DNA from: Callorhinchus milii
Taxonomy: Eukaryota
DNA: 64,000 bases
Direction: 5' to 3'
Assembly (NCBI RefSeq): GCF_018977255.1
Contig: NW_024704742.1
Location: 42,968,001-43,032,000, forward strand
The notes below the pieces were generated by a model, which had not been told where the DNA came from, did not search any database, and saw only the letters and a program-made list of their open reading frames with translations. The translations under genes were made by a program, and so were the position numbers. Below are positions 11,635-22,995 of this stretch, piece after piece. Numbering within the stretch: position 1 is the stretch's first letter; every line of letters starts with the position of its first letter.

Positions 11635-14600
11635 CACAATATTTTGTAATTTGCAAGTTTCTAGTCACTAATGGTGGGGTTGAGGGCATGGCCCAGCAAT
11701 GCTTTGGGGCATCCTATAGTAGTTATTCTAAAAAACCAAGAACCAAATGTTGTCCACAAACACGTGTCCACTTATCTGTGTAGTATAAATGATAAAATTA
11801 AGAGCAAGAAATACACACTAACACAGGCACTTAAAGACCTGATATCCACATTCATGTGGGTAAATGCACTGAAGCCCTGATACAACAGCAATATGCGCTG
11901 AAGTAGCTCAGGTGTACATAGTGTCATCTGGAATGGATGTAAAAATAGTCATGAACATATCTGGTGCATCTGAAAATTGCTCAAAACCAATCTCTAAGTT
12001 GCATAATGTCAAAGTTGTGCTTGTCATGATAATAATATTCATAAATAGACCATCAATTTATAGGCATTACATCTGAAATATTGTAAACCTACACCACGGT
12101 ACAAGAAAGTTGTTTGTACAGTATATTTGTGATGCTCATTTTGCAGCCAATGGAACCTAACCAAGGCTGTTGTAGGATTGCTGAGGTAGTGGTGGGAATG
12201 GAAAAATTTTTTACAAACTCATTCGTTAATTGTTTTATAGCAGGACATTTTTGACACTAACAGAATCAAAAGAAATTTGATCAGATACTCTATCAGTGTA
12301 TGAAAGTCCCAACAACACTTAGCTTAAAAGTAGATCATTTTTAAAATATACATGAAATGGGCCTGTCAGAAATATCAAATGAGACTTAATGAATCTTAAG
12401 ACTTTGTGAAAACAAACTGATACGTCACAATGAAGCAACAGGTTTTAAGATCACCACATGAATTAAATGCAAACTGGTTTAGTCTAGTTTTACCACTCTT
12501 CACTGAGAATCACTGTGAGAATGGTGATAAAGAAGTGGCTATAAATAAACTGGCAATAAGGCAGCCATTTCAAAAATGTATTTCATTTTCAAACTGGAGT
12601 GGGCAATATTTTTGACGAGAACATCTTTGATGTCTATAAAGCAGACACCCAAAGACTAAAAGGATGAATTCTCTACTCCCATCTGTATTTCCTGAGGGCA
12701 GATCCCAGTTATACACCTGGCTAAGAAGGCTTGCCTTTCACAACTGCAAGATCTAAAGACAACAGTAGAATGAAATGTTAATCTGTTAACGCTTAAATTA
12801 ATAGATGCACATGAAACACATGGGTGGAGATTTTCAAGGAAAACAGTATGAAATTGAGAGCAACATCAAATCGCTTCTAGAACTAAATGATTAAAGCAGA
12901 ACTCAGACTAGTTTCTCTCACTTCACCACTATCCACTGAGAATCACTCGACAAAAATAAGACTTTGAAATCAAATTAAAGAAAAATAATTGAAGTAGGAA
13001 ACCACAGTACAGTATAAGAACACAAATTGACAGGCATTCCATTTCTGCATCTTCTTTTCACAGTGTCGTTTTAAAGCAAAGTCCTCAATTTAAGTGCTGT
13101 CGAAACAACTTCCATTTCAACAAGCTGAGACCGCGGAGTCCAATGTTGACATGCACAGAGCGAGCGACATGCATTACTTCTGGCGATGTCTATATTGAAG
13201 CTACAGCTACACAAGGTAATTAGAACAAGATAAATGCCGCTCACTTCACAAGAATTAGATGTGCACAAAGTACACTTTTTAATCACAGTCATTGGAAACA
13301 AAAGTATCTTTACTTAAATCAGATGGAACAGGACTTTTGCTGGTAAAGCCACAAATAAAGCACTTTAACCATTGCAGCTGTTATTTCCTAAAAGAAAACT
13401 AATCTGTGTTTGAAAGAATCAACACTTCTGCTTCAACCATCTCTCCAGGGAGCCTGTTCCACTGGTTCACTATTCGCTCACTGAAATAGTGTTTGCGTAG
13501 ATTCATTCTGAATTTACCCCCCTTCAATCGCAGGTCGTGTCCTCTGGGTTTACTGTTCTAGACAAGATGAAACAGCCTGTCATGATCTATATTGCATTGT
13601 CCTTTAGAATCTCAAAGACAGCAACTATGTCGTCTCTCGATCTTCTTTTCCAATGTGAATACGCCCAATTTACTTAGCCGCTCCTCATAGTCCAGTCCTT
13701 CCATTCCCTCAATCATTTTAGTTGTCCTCCTCTGTATCTTCTTGATTCCTCCAATATCCTTTTTGTACTGTGGTGACCAGAGCTGTACAAAGTACTCTAA
13801 GTATGGTCTCACCAATGATTTATTCAGTGTCAGGATTACCCCACTTTGGCTTCCTACTGATCTTTTGATACATCCCAACATCTGGTTTGCTTTACTCACT
13901 GCCATAGAACATTGTTGGGAGAGCTTCAATTTATTGTCAATCAGGACCCCCAAGTCTTTTTCATTCTCCATACATATTATTTTCCTTCTGTTCAAATAAT
14001 AGTCCTTTATAGGATTTTCTGTCCCCATGTGAAGTACTTTACATTTCTCCACATTGAATTTCATCTGCCACCAATCTGCCCAATTCCCAAGTATGTCCAG
14101 ATCCTCCTGTAATGTATCTTGTTCAGCTTCGCAATCTACCACGTTCATTAGCTTGGTGTCATCTGGAAACTTAGCCACTGTGCTTGAGACTCTTAGTTCC
14201 AGATCATTTATAAAAATATTAAACAAAAGAGGTCCCAAAACAGACCCTTGTGGAACTCGACTGGTAACATTTTCCCAGTCTGATGACATTCCCTGTACCA
14301 CCACCCTCTGGGTTCTTCCAATCAATTGCATATCCATTGTAATATACTTCCACTGATGCCTACTTTCTTTACTTTCAGTACCATCCTCTCAAGAGGAACT
14401 GTATCAAAGGCCTTTCCTGAAATCTAGATATACAACATCCACAGCCTTACCCTTATCAAACTCCCTTGATATACTGTCAACGGAAACCAGCAAGTTAGAT
14501 TTGTAAGACCTTCCCTTCATGAACCCATATTGGCTATTATTTATGATTTATTTCTGTCCAGATGCTCCATAATTTTACCCACAATGGACGTCAAACTTAC

Positions 14601-15710
14601 TGGTCTGTAGTTTTCTGGGTCACTTTACCTTTCTTAAAAATAGGAGTAACATCTGCCTTTCTCCAGTCCCCCTGCACCTCTCCAGTAATCAGTGATTTCT
14701 GAAAGATTTGTGCCAACATTTCTGCGACTTCCTCCCTTATTCCTTAAGGCTCATTGGATGCAATTTATCTAGCCCCTGAGATTTATTTACTTTAAGTTTA
14801 CACAGCTGTTTGGCAACCATGCTGGTAGTGATATGAATAGTGTTCTAACTTTTCTCTGCGACATTCCTGAGTTCTTTTTCCAGATCAGATAGGTTACCTG
14901 TCTCCTCCTTGGTAAAGACTGATACAAAAAACATATTTAGCATTATTGCAGTCTGTGCAGCATTATTTGTCATGTTGTCTCCTGAACACACCTTCAGTGG
15001 TCCTATTCTATTGTTTGTTTTTCTTTTACTCTTAATGCAACTAAAAAAACATTTTATTATCCTTCACATCTCTTGCCATAGTCAAATCAAAGTTTTTCTT
15101 CACCACTCTGATGCCTTTTTTGCAGCCCTGGCATGCCTTCTGGTATTGAGTCCAATTTATTTCCGTGCCATTTTCCTTCATGGCCTTACATGTTTTTTTT
15201 TCCCCTCTTGATTTTCTTTGTAGCCCCGTCCAACCAGGCAGGAGTGCCTTTAAGCTTGGTAACTTTGCTTTGCATGGGTACACACTGTTCCATTGCCTTC
15301 ATAATCACCTCCATTAAGGAATTCCATAGATCCTCCACTCCCATTGCTATATTTAAGCCTGCCAGGCCCACTATGACTAGACTTCTCAAGCGCAGCCAGT
15401 CCTCTTGAAATTTGGCAGTTTTATTTGTGTTTTTAAGAATCTCACCAACTCTTGTGATGTCAAATGAGACTGCATTGCGATCGCTGTTGCTTAATGCACC
15501 TCCCACCTTTATGTTGGAGATTTGGTCATCTCTGTTGCTCATTATCAAATCCAAGATGTTATCTCCCCTTGTTGGTTCCTTTACAACTCAGTGATAAAAC
15601 AGTCTTCCTTTAACTCTAGAAACCGCTTCCCTTACTTACCAGTAGACACATTATCCCAATCAATTTGGGGTAAGTTAAAATCTCCAACCACTATGGTTGG
15701 TCCCTTTCTA

Positions 15711-16414
15711 TGGTTGCACACTCCACTATGCTAAGCCAGTCCGGAACCTTGGCGTCGTGTATGACTCGCAACTATCCTTTCTACCCCACATCTGCCTTCC
15801 CCCACCTCTGCAACCACCGCAGGCCGCCGAGACCCTCATGCATGCTTTCATTACATCAAGGCTTGACTAGGCAAACTCATTGCTTGTCATCCTCCCCAAC
15901 TCCTCCCTCCATAGGCTGCATATCATCCAGAACTTTGCAGGCCGTGTCCTCTCCCGGTCCAGGTTCCATAACCCTATCACCCCCATCCTCGCCCGACTCC
16001 ACTGGCTTCCCATCACATAGAGGATACAGTTCAAGATCCTGGTCCTCACCTTCAAAACCCTCCATGGTCTTGCTCCCCACTACCATCCTGCTCGCTCCCT
16101 CCACTCAGCGGGCTCCGGCCTGCTTCATGTCCCCCGCCTCGCTCGCCCCACTATTGGCAGGCAGACCTTCTGCCACTCTTCCCCTACCCTCTGGAACTCC
16201 ATCCCGCAGACCCTCCACCTTGCCCCTCCCATGCCTCCTTCAAGACCCATCTCAAGACCCTCCTCATCAACCATGCTTTCGATTTCCCTGCTTCCCCCAC
16301 TGCCCTCCACCCTCCCCGACCCCCAGTTCTGGTCCGAAACTATCTGTCCAGTGCCTTGGGACATCCTCCTGACTTGACAGGCGCTATACAAATGTAATTT
16401 TGGTGGTGGTGTTA
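15711..16414 (+). mobile_element. 5'-truncated L2 LINE nested in the CR1 endonuclease region
   Basis: L2 ORF2 C-terminal sequence plus tail gccttgggacatcctcctgacttgacaggcgctatacaaatgtaattttggtggtggt; flanked by duplicated CTA (15708-15710, 16415-16417). Confidence 0.92.
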
Positions 16415-16952
16415 CTAGTAGCCTTCCTTATCTCATCCCACAGTTCCAGATCAAGGCTTTCACTCTGGCGTGGGGGTCTATAGCAGACCCCAGTAATAGT
16501 TTACCTCTGGTACCATCTTTTAATTCTACTCAAAGTGATTCTGTGTCTGCCCTTTCCTTTTTTATACCCTCTTGCTCTCTTGTGTCTCAATAATGGAGCT
16601 TATATATAATGCCACACCACCTCCTCTTCTCCCGATACAGTCCCACCTAAACACTTTAGAATCTTCCAGATGCGTATCCCATTGATTGGATTCATTCCAC
16701 CATGTCTCTATTATGCTAATGATGTCCAATCTATCACCTCCTACAAGATCTTCCAGATCACGCATCTTGTTTGTCAGATTTCTTGCATCAATGCAAGTAC
16801 AGTTCCATTGTTTTTGCCTTTCCTATTTACTTTGCAAGCATTTTTTGCTTCTTCTTCACCAACCTTTGGAGTTAGACCCATTATACTGGTACGCCTTAAG
16901 GTTTTCCTAATCAGTTTGGGTGCTCTCTTACATCTACTGCACCCACCCGTGC

Positions 16953-17910
16953 CTAGTTAAACACTCCCTAACTAAATTATCTATCCTGCCTGGCAATACC
17001 TCCACCCACCTTTTGTTTAGGTGGAGCCCATCCAGTGTATATAGATGCTTCCTATTCCAAAAGATGTCTCTTTGTTGAGGAAATGAAAGCCTGACTCCCT
17101 ACACAAATGTCTTAGCATTGGTCTGCCTAATTACCCTCTGTCCTTCCTCATTAGCACGTGGTATGGGTAGTATTTCAGAAAATACTACGTTTGAAGTCTT
17201 TCCCTTTAGCTTTCTTCCTAATGCTCTAAATTTAGCATGAAGGACCTCTGGTCTACTTCTATCCGTGTTATTTCTTTCCACATGAACTACTACAATTGGT
17301 TCCACACCTACTCCCTATAGCATTTGGGCAACCTGGGGCTTCAGATCCTCAACCCGTACAGCCGGTTGGCAACTTACCATTCTATTTGCTGGGTCTGGTT
17401 TGCACAGAATGCGATCTGTGAACCGAATAGTCGAATCCCTAACATCACAACTTGTCTGCTAATTTTGTGCTTCTTCTCTCCTTCCCTAGCAGGCTGCTGG
17501 GTTGCCTTGTTGCACAGCACTCCTTTGCCTGTCTCAGCCATCACTTGGGTTTCCATATTATCTCTCCAGAGGAGAAAAATTGTTGGGAGAGCACCAGGGA
17601 TGTCCACTCCTGCTCCATTAGCCGACCACAACTTGTGGCCCCTTTTCTAACAGAGGCCCAATACCGTCCTCTAGGTACCGGGGACTCCTCTCCTACTCTG
17701 CCCCCAGCAAGGTCTCTTCTAATATGTCATTTATAAACACTTCTTAATACTTTGGTGTGTGGTCAGTCACTTGCTAAGGCTGACCACTTCAGCCTTGAGG
17801 GAATCTACCAGCTTGCAGTTAATGCATATAAATCCATTCAAAACCTGGGCCTGGAAGGCAAACATCTCGCAACTTCTGCAATGCAGAAAGTATTCCATTG
17901 TTATAAACAT
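16953..17910 (-). pseudogene. CR1 ORF1 remnant: CxxC-x14-CxxC zinc finger followed by SGNH/GDSL-type esterase
   Basis: Minus-strand translation MFITMEYFLHCRSCEMFAFQAQVLNGFICINCKLVDSLKAEV from 17910; VVMLG(D)STIR near 17430-17450 after a 1-nt frameshift; VVVHVERNN (HVGTND-like); DGLHLN near 17015-17032. Confidence 0.85.
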
Positions 17911-18334
17911 TATTTGAGAGAAAAAAAAAGTTTTTTACACCTGCACCTCCTTCGCCCTCTGCACCAAATTCCCACTCTCCCCAAATTCCTTAACAGAATT
18001 CTCACTCAGTTCCCTGTGAGGCTCTCGCAATTCTCCCCTTTATATAGGCCTCTGACACAACCAGTTTCAACTGGTCAGCAAATAATTAACTAATTAGCTA
18101 ATCTCTAACACCGAGCCTGTGACTAACTGCCAATTTGGCTTGTTTACCTGTTTTGCTTGAAAAGTTCACTGTTGCTCAAGAAACAATTCCCACTCTTTTG
18201 CTAAAAGAAAGAATTCTCTCTTGGTCTCCAGTTCTCTCTTGCTCAAGAATTCCCACTCTCACCAAATTACTTAACAGAATTCTCCCTCGGTTCCCTCCCC
18301 CCTCTGCTGGACTCTCTGCTCCAAAAGGATAGTC

Positions 18335-18476
18335 AGACAAAACACAAATACTGCAGCTGCTGGAAATCTGAAACAAAAACAGTAGTCGTTGGGAACACTC
18401 AGCAAGTCAGGCAGCATCTATGGAGAAAGGAAAGTGAGTCAACGTTTCGGGTCCACGATTCTTCGTCAGTTCTGAT
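18335..18476 (-). mobile_element. Probable Penelope-like element terminal-repeat relic with hammerhead-like core
   Basis: aaatactgcagctgctggaaatctgaaacaaaaacag...cagcatctatggagaaagg...aacgtttcgggtc...cttcgtcag; minus strand has CTGACGA-14nt-GAAAC. A more degenerate opposite-strand copy lies at about 47178-47260. Family assignment from recall of shark repeats. Confidence 0.6.
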
Positions 18477-19392
18477 AAGATATATAGTCAGACAAGTCTG
18501 CTTTCTTCAGAGTTTATAGCCATTAAAAACTCCCAAAAGAGAATCCAGGACACACAACATGGCTTCTATAGCATCAAAGATGAGCTTGTTGTGAAGGCTA
18601 ATGAAGAGGCTAAAATATCAATGTACAATAATTGGGACCGAAGTGTGATAAATAACTGGAGCTGAGGACAAAATCTTGAATATTTGTTTCTGTTACAAGA
18701 TGAAGTAGATTTCCAGCTTCTTTATTTAAACTGAATGTATCCAAACTGGATTAGAGTAAAGTTGAAAAGGGTATTCAGTGCAACTGCACCCTCATGTGAA
18801 TAAGAAGCCAATTCATCATTTTGCTTTCAATCCACACATTTAAACTTCTGTTTCAAGGCAGTTCTTTCAGCAGCTGCCAGAAATTTCTTCAGTGAATACA
18901 TTAGATTTAGGTTTAGGTCCTTAAAATATTCATAACCCAACTTTACTTGATGGTGAGCAAGGCATTCCTCATGCCTCTGTGAATTAAGGAAGCCAGCAGC
19001 TTGAAGTACTTAATGCATATCCTCACTGCACTTCCCAGGGTCCTGGATGCTTTTCAGTTCAGAGTTCAAAAGCTTGTTTTTATTTCATCTACATCCTCCA
19101 GTGGCATTTCTAGCAATCTAAAGCCTTCTGGCTCTAGAGAATGTTTTCAAAAGGTTCCTCACCCTAATGTGGAAAGGAACTCATGCAGCATGAATGAAGT
19201 AAAAAGGAAACTAGAGAGCAAAGTTCATTCCTCTTGCCAACTAAAAGCACAGCATCAACTTTACACATTAACTGCAGGGTCCTCGTCACAAAATACATCA
19301 AGTGCTAACTATTTGCCTATTTGAAAGAGATATACAGTTTTTGTACTTTTACTTTTAAAAGCTCAGTGCAGAGTATGTTGTTATATTGCATA

Positions 19393-19683
19393 TAATAATA
19401 ATAATCCTTGCATTTAATATAGAGCTTTTTCACGTCTTCTAGACGTCTCAAAGCACTTCACAGAAGTCTGTAAAGTGAGTTGACTGTATATTTGTGGGTG
19501 AAACGCAGCAGCCAATTGCGCACAGCAGTGTCACACAAGCAGTCGTGGATTGAAGTGACCAATTTTATTATTGTTTTTTTTGAGGGTTTATCATCAGGCG
19601 TGTGGAGGAAGGAAACCTGCCTAAGGTTTCATTCTGACGGACATCGAACCCAGGTCTCTTGCTTGTGACGCTACAGGACTCCC
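19393..19683 (-). mobile_element. SINE family A, short subfamily (deletion in head)
   Basis: Aligns to 71-381 and 40465-40779. Confidence 0.88.
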
Positions 19684-19704
19684 ATATAACTAACTTATTT
19701 AATC

Positions 19705-20042
19705 TTCACACTTTGGCACCTCCCTACCTTTCTGACTTGCTTTCTCCCCACTTCACTAGCCACTGCCTCTGCTTGGCTAGCTCTGGCCTCCTGCTTATCC
19801 CTCATTCCCTTCCCTCCACTATCGTTGGTCGCATTTTCAGCCACTTCGCCCCAAAGCTTTGGACTCTCTCTTCCAATCCCTCCGCTTGCCCCTTCCTGTA
19901 GATCATGACTGAAGACCATCCTCTTTGACTTTGCTTACGGTCACCTCCTCCCCCGGCTCCACGTCAGGTTCAGCCACTGTTAAAGAGCTCCGAGATGCTG
20001 CCCTGCATATAGGGTGCTATATAAATGCAAGGTGGTGTTGTT
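19705..20042 (+). mobile_element. Older L2 subfamily 3' fragment
   Basis: LHTLAPPYLSDLL...GRIFSHFAPKLW; tail gtgctatataaatgcaaggtggtgttgtt. Confidence 0.8.
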
Positions 20043-21504
20043 AAACTTGACAGAATTCAGTGAAATAGTATTCTCTAAAATTATTCCTCCTTTGGATTAT
20101 CTCAAGCAAATCTTTTGCTCCATATTGCCTTCAATTCTTCTACATTTAATGATGATTCAGCAAACAGCTGGGGATAAACACTACCTGGGACTATAATGAC
20201 TCTACTGTAGCATTTTAGAGGGTCCAGCATTTGGAAAACTTTTGAATTCAGTCTCAACTTTGAAGTTGGTTTTCTGTAAATTCTCAGAACTTGCCTAAAA
20301 ATTTAAGAATTTGACAAATATGCCCTGAAATTGTGAAGAGCTCTGAGACGCCGTCTGGCTTGGAGGGCACTATATAAATCCAAGTTGTTGTTGTTGTTGT
20401 TGAAATAGTGCGTAAATAAGAGTAAAATCTAGATCCAGGTGGAAATATTTCTTAATTCTCATATGCTTTTTATATTTAATTTAAGAGGGATTAAGAGAGG
20501 AAGGAGTGACAGGATGTGTATTTCCTGTGCTCCCAATTGTTCTTGCACAGGTCTAAGATCACATTGCTCAAACCTAATTTATACCATTGCTGAGCAACCA
20601 AGTGCTTTTACACAGAACTCTGGTAACCAATGTTAGGCTGTTTTTTTAAGGTTGAACGATGCCTGAATCATTCATACTGCAGTTGAGTGAATCAATATGC
20701 TACTGAAGTCATCTTCTCAAGGGCGACAGACAAGCTCCAGGAAGATTAGTTTTCAGATCGTGATGTGATTCAAACTTAATTTCTATAATTTTTGAGGCAA
20801 GAAAAATTAACTGGGAATTAATGTCGACATGAGTTATTAAGCCTAAAATATTTACACAATTCAATTGGTAAATATTTGATTACTCATACCTAACAGGTTC
20901 TTTGAATATTGGAATTTATTTTGCATATTGGATTCAAATCAGGATCACTTTTGGGGAATGCTTACTTTATCTAAAAGGGAACACACTCTCATCAAATGAA
21001 GGCTAGCTTAATCTAACAAAGGTAGTCAAGACAATTGGGGGTGGGGGTGGTGGGTCAAGAAGGCGGGTCTTGCATGCATATTAGTCAATTTAGAAGATTT
21101 AAGCAGGAATCAAATTTCCTTCATGAACCACTTTACAGGGAGCCTGCACCACCAGCAACTATGCAGCTGTTCAAATGACCAAGGTCATAAATTCTAGGAA
21201 TGTAAAAATGTACAGGATCAGAAAAGACTCATAGTCCATCTGAATGGCCTTTGTTTTTAAAAAAGAAAGTTTATTTGTATATGAATTTGGTGACAATCTG
21301 TCCCACCATGTTAATTTGACATAAAGTGACACATTTTTTATGAAGTAGTGTTTGAAATCCATAAAATCTCAAACAGTAGTTATAGCAAGGTGTGATAGCG
21401 GATATGCCTGTGTATGCTTGTAAATTAAGGATATACGCAAGCCCCTTCCTCAAAAAAGGCTGATTTCTGCATCAGTCATTACACCACATGCATATGCACA
21501 GGAA

Positions 21505-21606
21505 AGCAAGAAGTGATGTCAACAGTGACCTAGTGAACTGCAAGGTGGCCATTTTGGTGAATATAGCTATATGTTCACTAGATGACTGTTGACATCACTT
21601 CTTGCT
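21505..21606. repeat. Inverted repeat, 34-bp arms with 2 mismatches
   Basis: AGCAAGAAGTGATGTCAACAGTGACCTAGTGAAC (21505-21538) versus GTTCACTAGATGACTGTTGACATCACTTCTTGCT (21573-21606). Confidence 0.92.
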
Positions 21607-22626
21607 GTTGACTAGGTGAGTGAAAAGTGAGGTGCATGCATGTACAATAGCTATAGTAGGGCAGTACTGTATTTAACATTACTCGTAAAGTAATCAAATC
21701 TAAACAATGTGTTCACCTTCTCATGCTATTGCTGTGCTGTTGCATAGGGAACTCTTTTATATTGTGGGTCCAATGTTTCAGGCTACATTATAAAGAGCAG
21801 CTTTTCAGGTTATCAAGCTGCCACTGATGTCAGAGTGTAGGAAGTTACATTGGAAGTGCTTCCTGCGCATAGTACTCATGTACATAGCATATACTAATGA
21901 TAGCGTCACATATTATTAATCATCTGCATTCATATAACATCCTTCACATAGGATAATATCCCAGAGCACTTTACAATGACAGGATCAAATGCCAAGTGAG
22001 GGAGGGGGGGAAAGGGAAGTTGTTCAGCCATGCAGTTGAAGATGTAGCTTTTAGGGCAGAACTTAACAACGCATAGAGAGAGGGCAAGATGGAGTGGTAG
22101 AGGGCAAGAATTCCAACAGTAGCTGAAGGTTCACCACCAACAGTGAAGCAAATAGGGTTTGGGACGTACACTAGGCGCAAGTTAGCTTAATAGAGGCAGA
22201 AAGCAGAGGAATGGGGAAGGAGAACAGCACAGAGACAGAGAGGTGTTCGTGGATAAAGGGATTTGAAGGCAAGGGTAAGGACTTCCAGTGCCACCCAAGA
22301 AGTGAGCTAGTTGTTACCTGGCTACCCAAAAATGCTGGCCAGAAGCTATTTTTAGTTCACTACTCATTATGTCTGAGCTTATGGATCAAAACCTCCATGT
22401 TATAATATAAAATGTCTGTTTATGGTACAGTTGATTTCATCAAACCAAACTGAGCATTAGATTGTAGTAAATGTGCCTGCCAGGTCACTAAATCCAAATA
22501 GATCACTGGTGTGGACCAGCCACAAAATTATCAGGGCCAGTCCTCAACGAAAAGAGAATCCTCCAGATTAATTGCTTATTCATCATGGGAACTTGATTGA
22601 GCAAAAAAGACTGCTGTGTTTATCAA

Positions 22627-22995
22627 CAGAAACATAGAACCAAAGAATTCACAATACAAGAGACCATTTGGTCCTTCATGTATGTACCAGCTCTTTAAAA
22701 AGGCTATCCATTTAGTCCCATTTTCTGCTCTTTTTCTCTACTCTGGGAAAAGAGCAAGACATTTTTAAAAAACGATATTTACCCAATTTGCTCAAAACCT
22801 TATGCATATTCCACCTCAGCCACCATTCTAAGCAGGATATTCCATATCCTAACAAACCTCTGTGTAAAAAAAAGTATCTTGATCTCTCACTTTGTTTATT
22901 TCAGTAATTACCTTAAATCTATGCCTTCAGGTTACCGATTCAGTGACCAGTGGGAATAATTTCTCCCTATTTACTTCAGCAAACCATTCATAATT
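22627..22995 (-). mobile_element. Decayed CR1 3' fragment
   Basis: Reverse-complement similarity to 56850-57025 and to the CR1 ORF2 end (ttccatatcctaacaaacctctgtgtaaaaaaa...ccttaaatctatgcc). Confidence 0.65.

Larger units (their letters stand above)
13381..18330 (-). mobile_element. Near full-length, inactivated CR1-clade LINE (5'UTR, ORF1, ORF2 endonuclease+RT), interrupted by an L2
   Basis: ORF2 RT motifs [19 protein letters not shown] and KFPDDTKL (ORF 13612..14337); APE motifs IIETWW, GVCYRPP, VGDFN, DLIMSN; ORF1 motifs listed separately; many stops and frameshifts. Confidence 0.95.

Noticed and set aside
15710..16372. 220-aa Pro/Ser-rich ORF (and similar ORFs at 26200-26747, 39546-39875, 57978-58385)
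   Set aside because: Alternative frames of C-rich L2 sequence.
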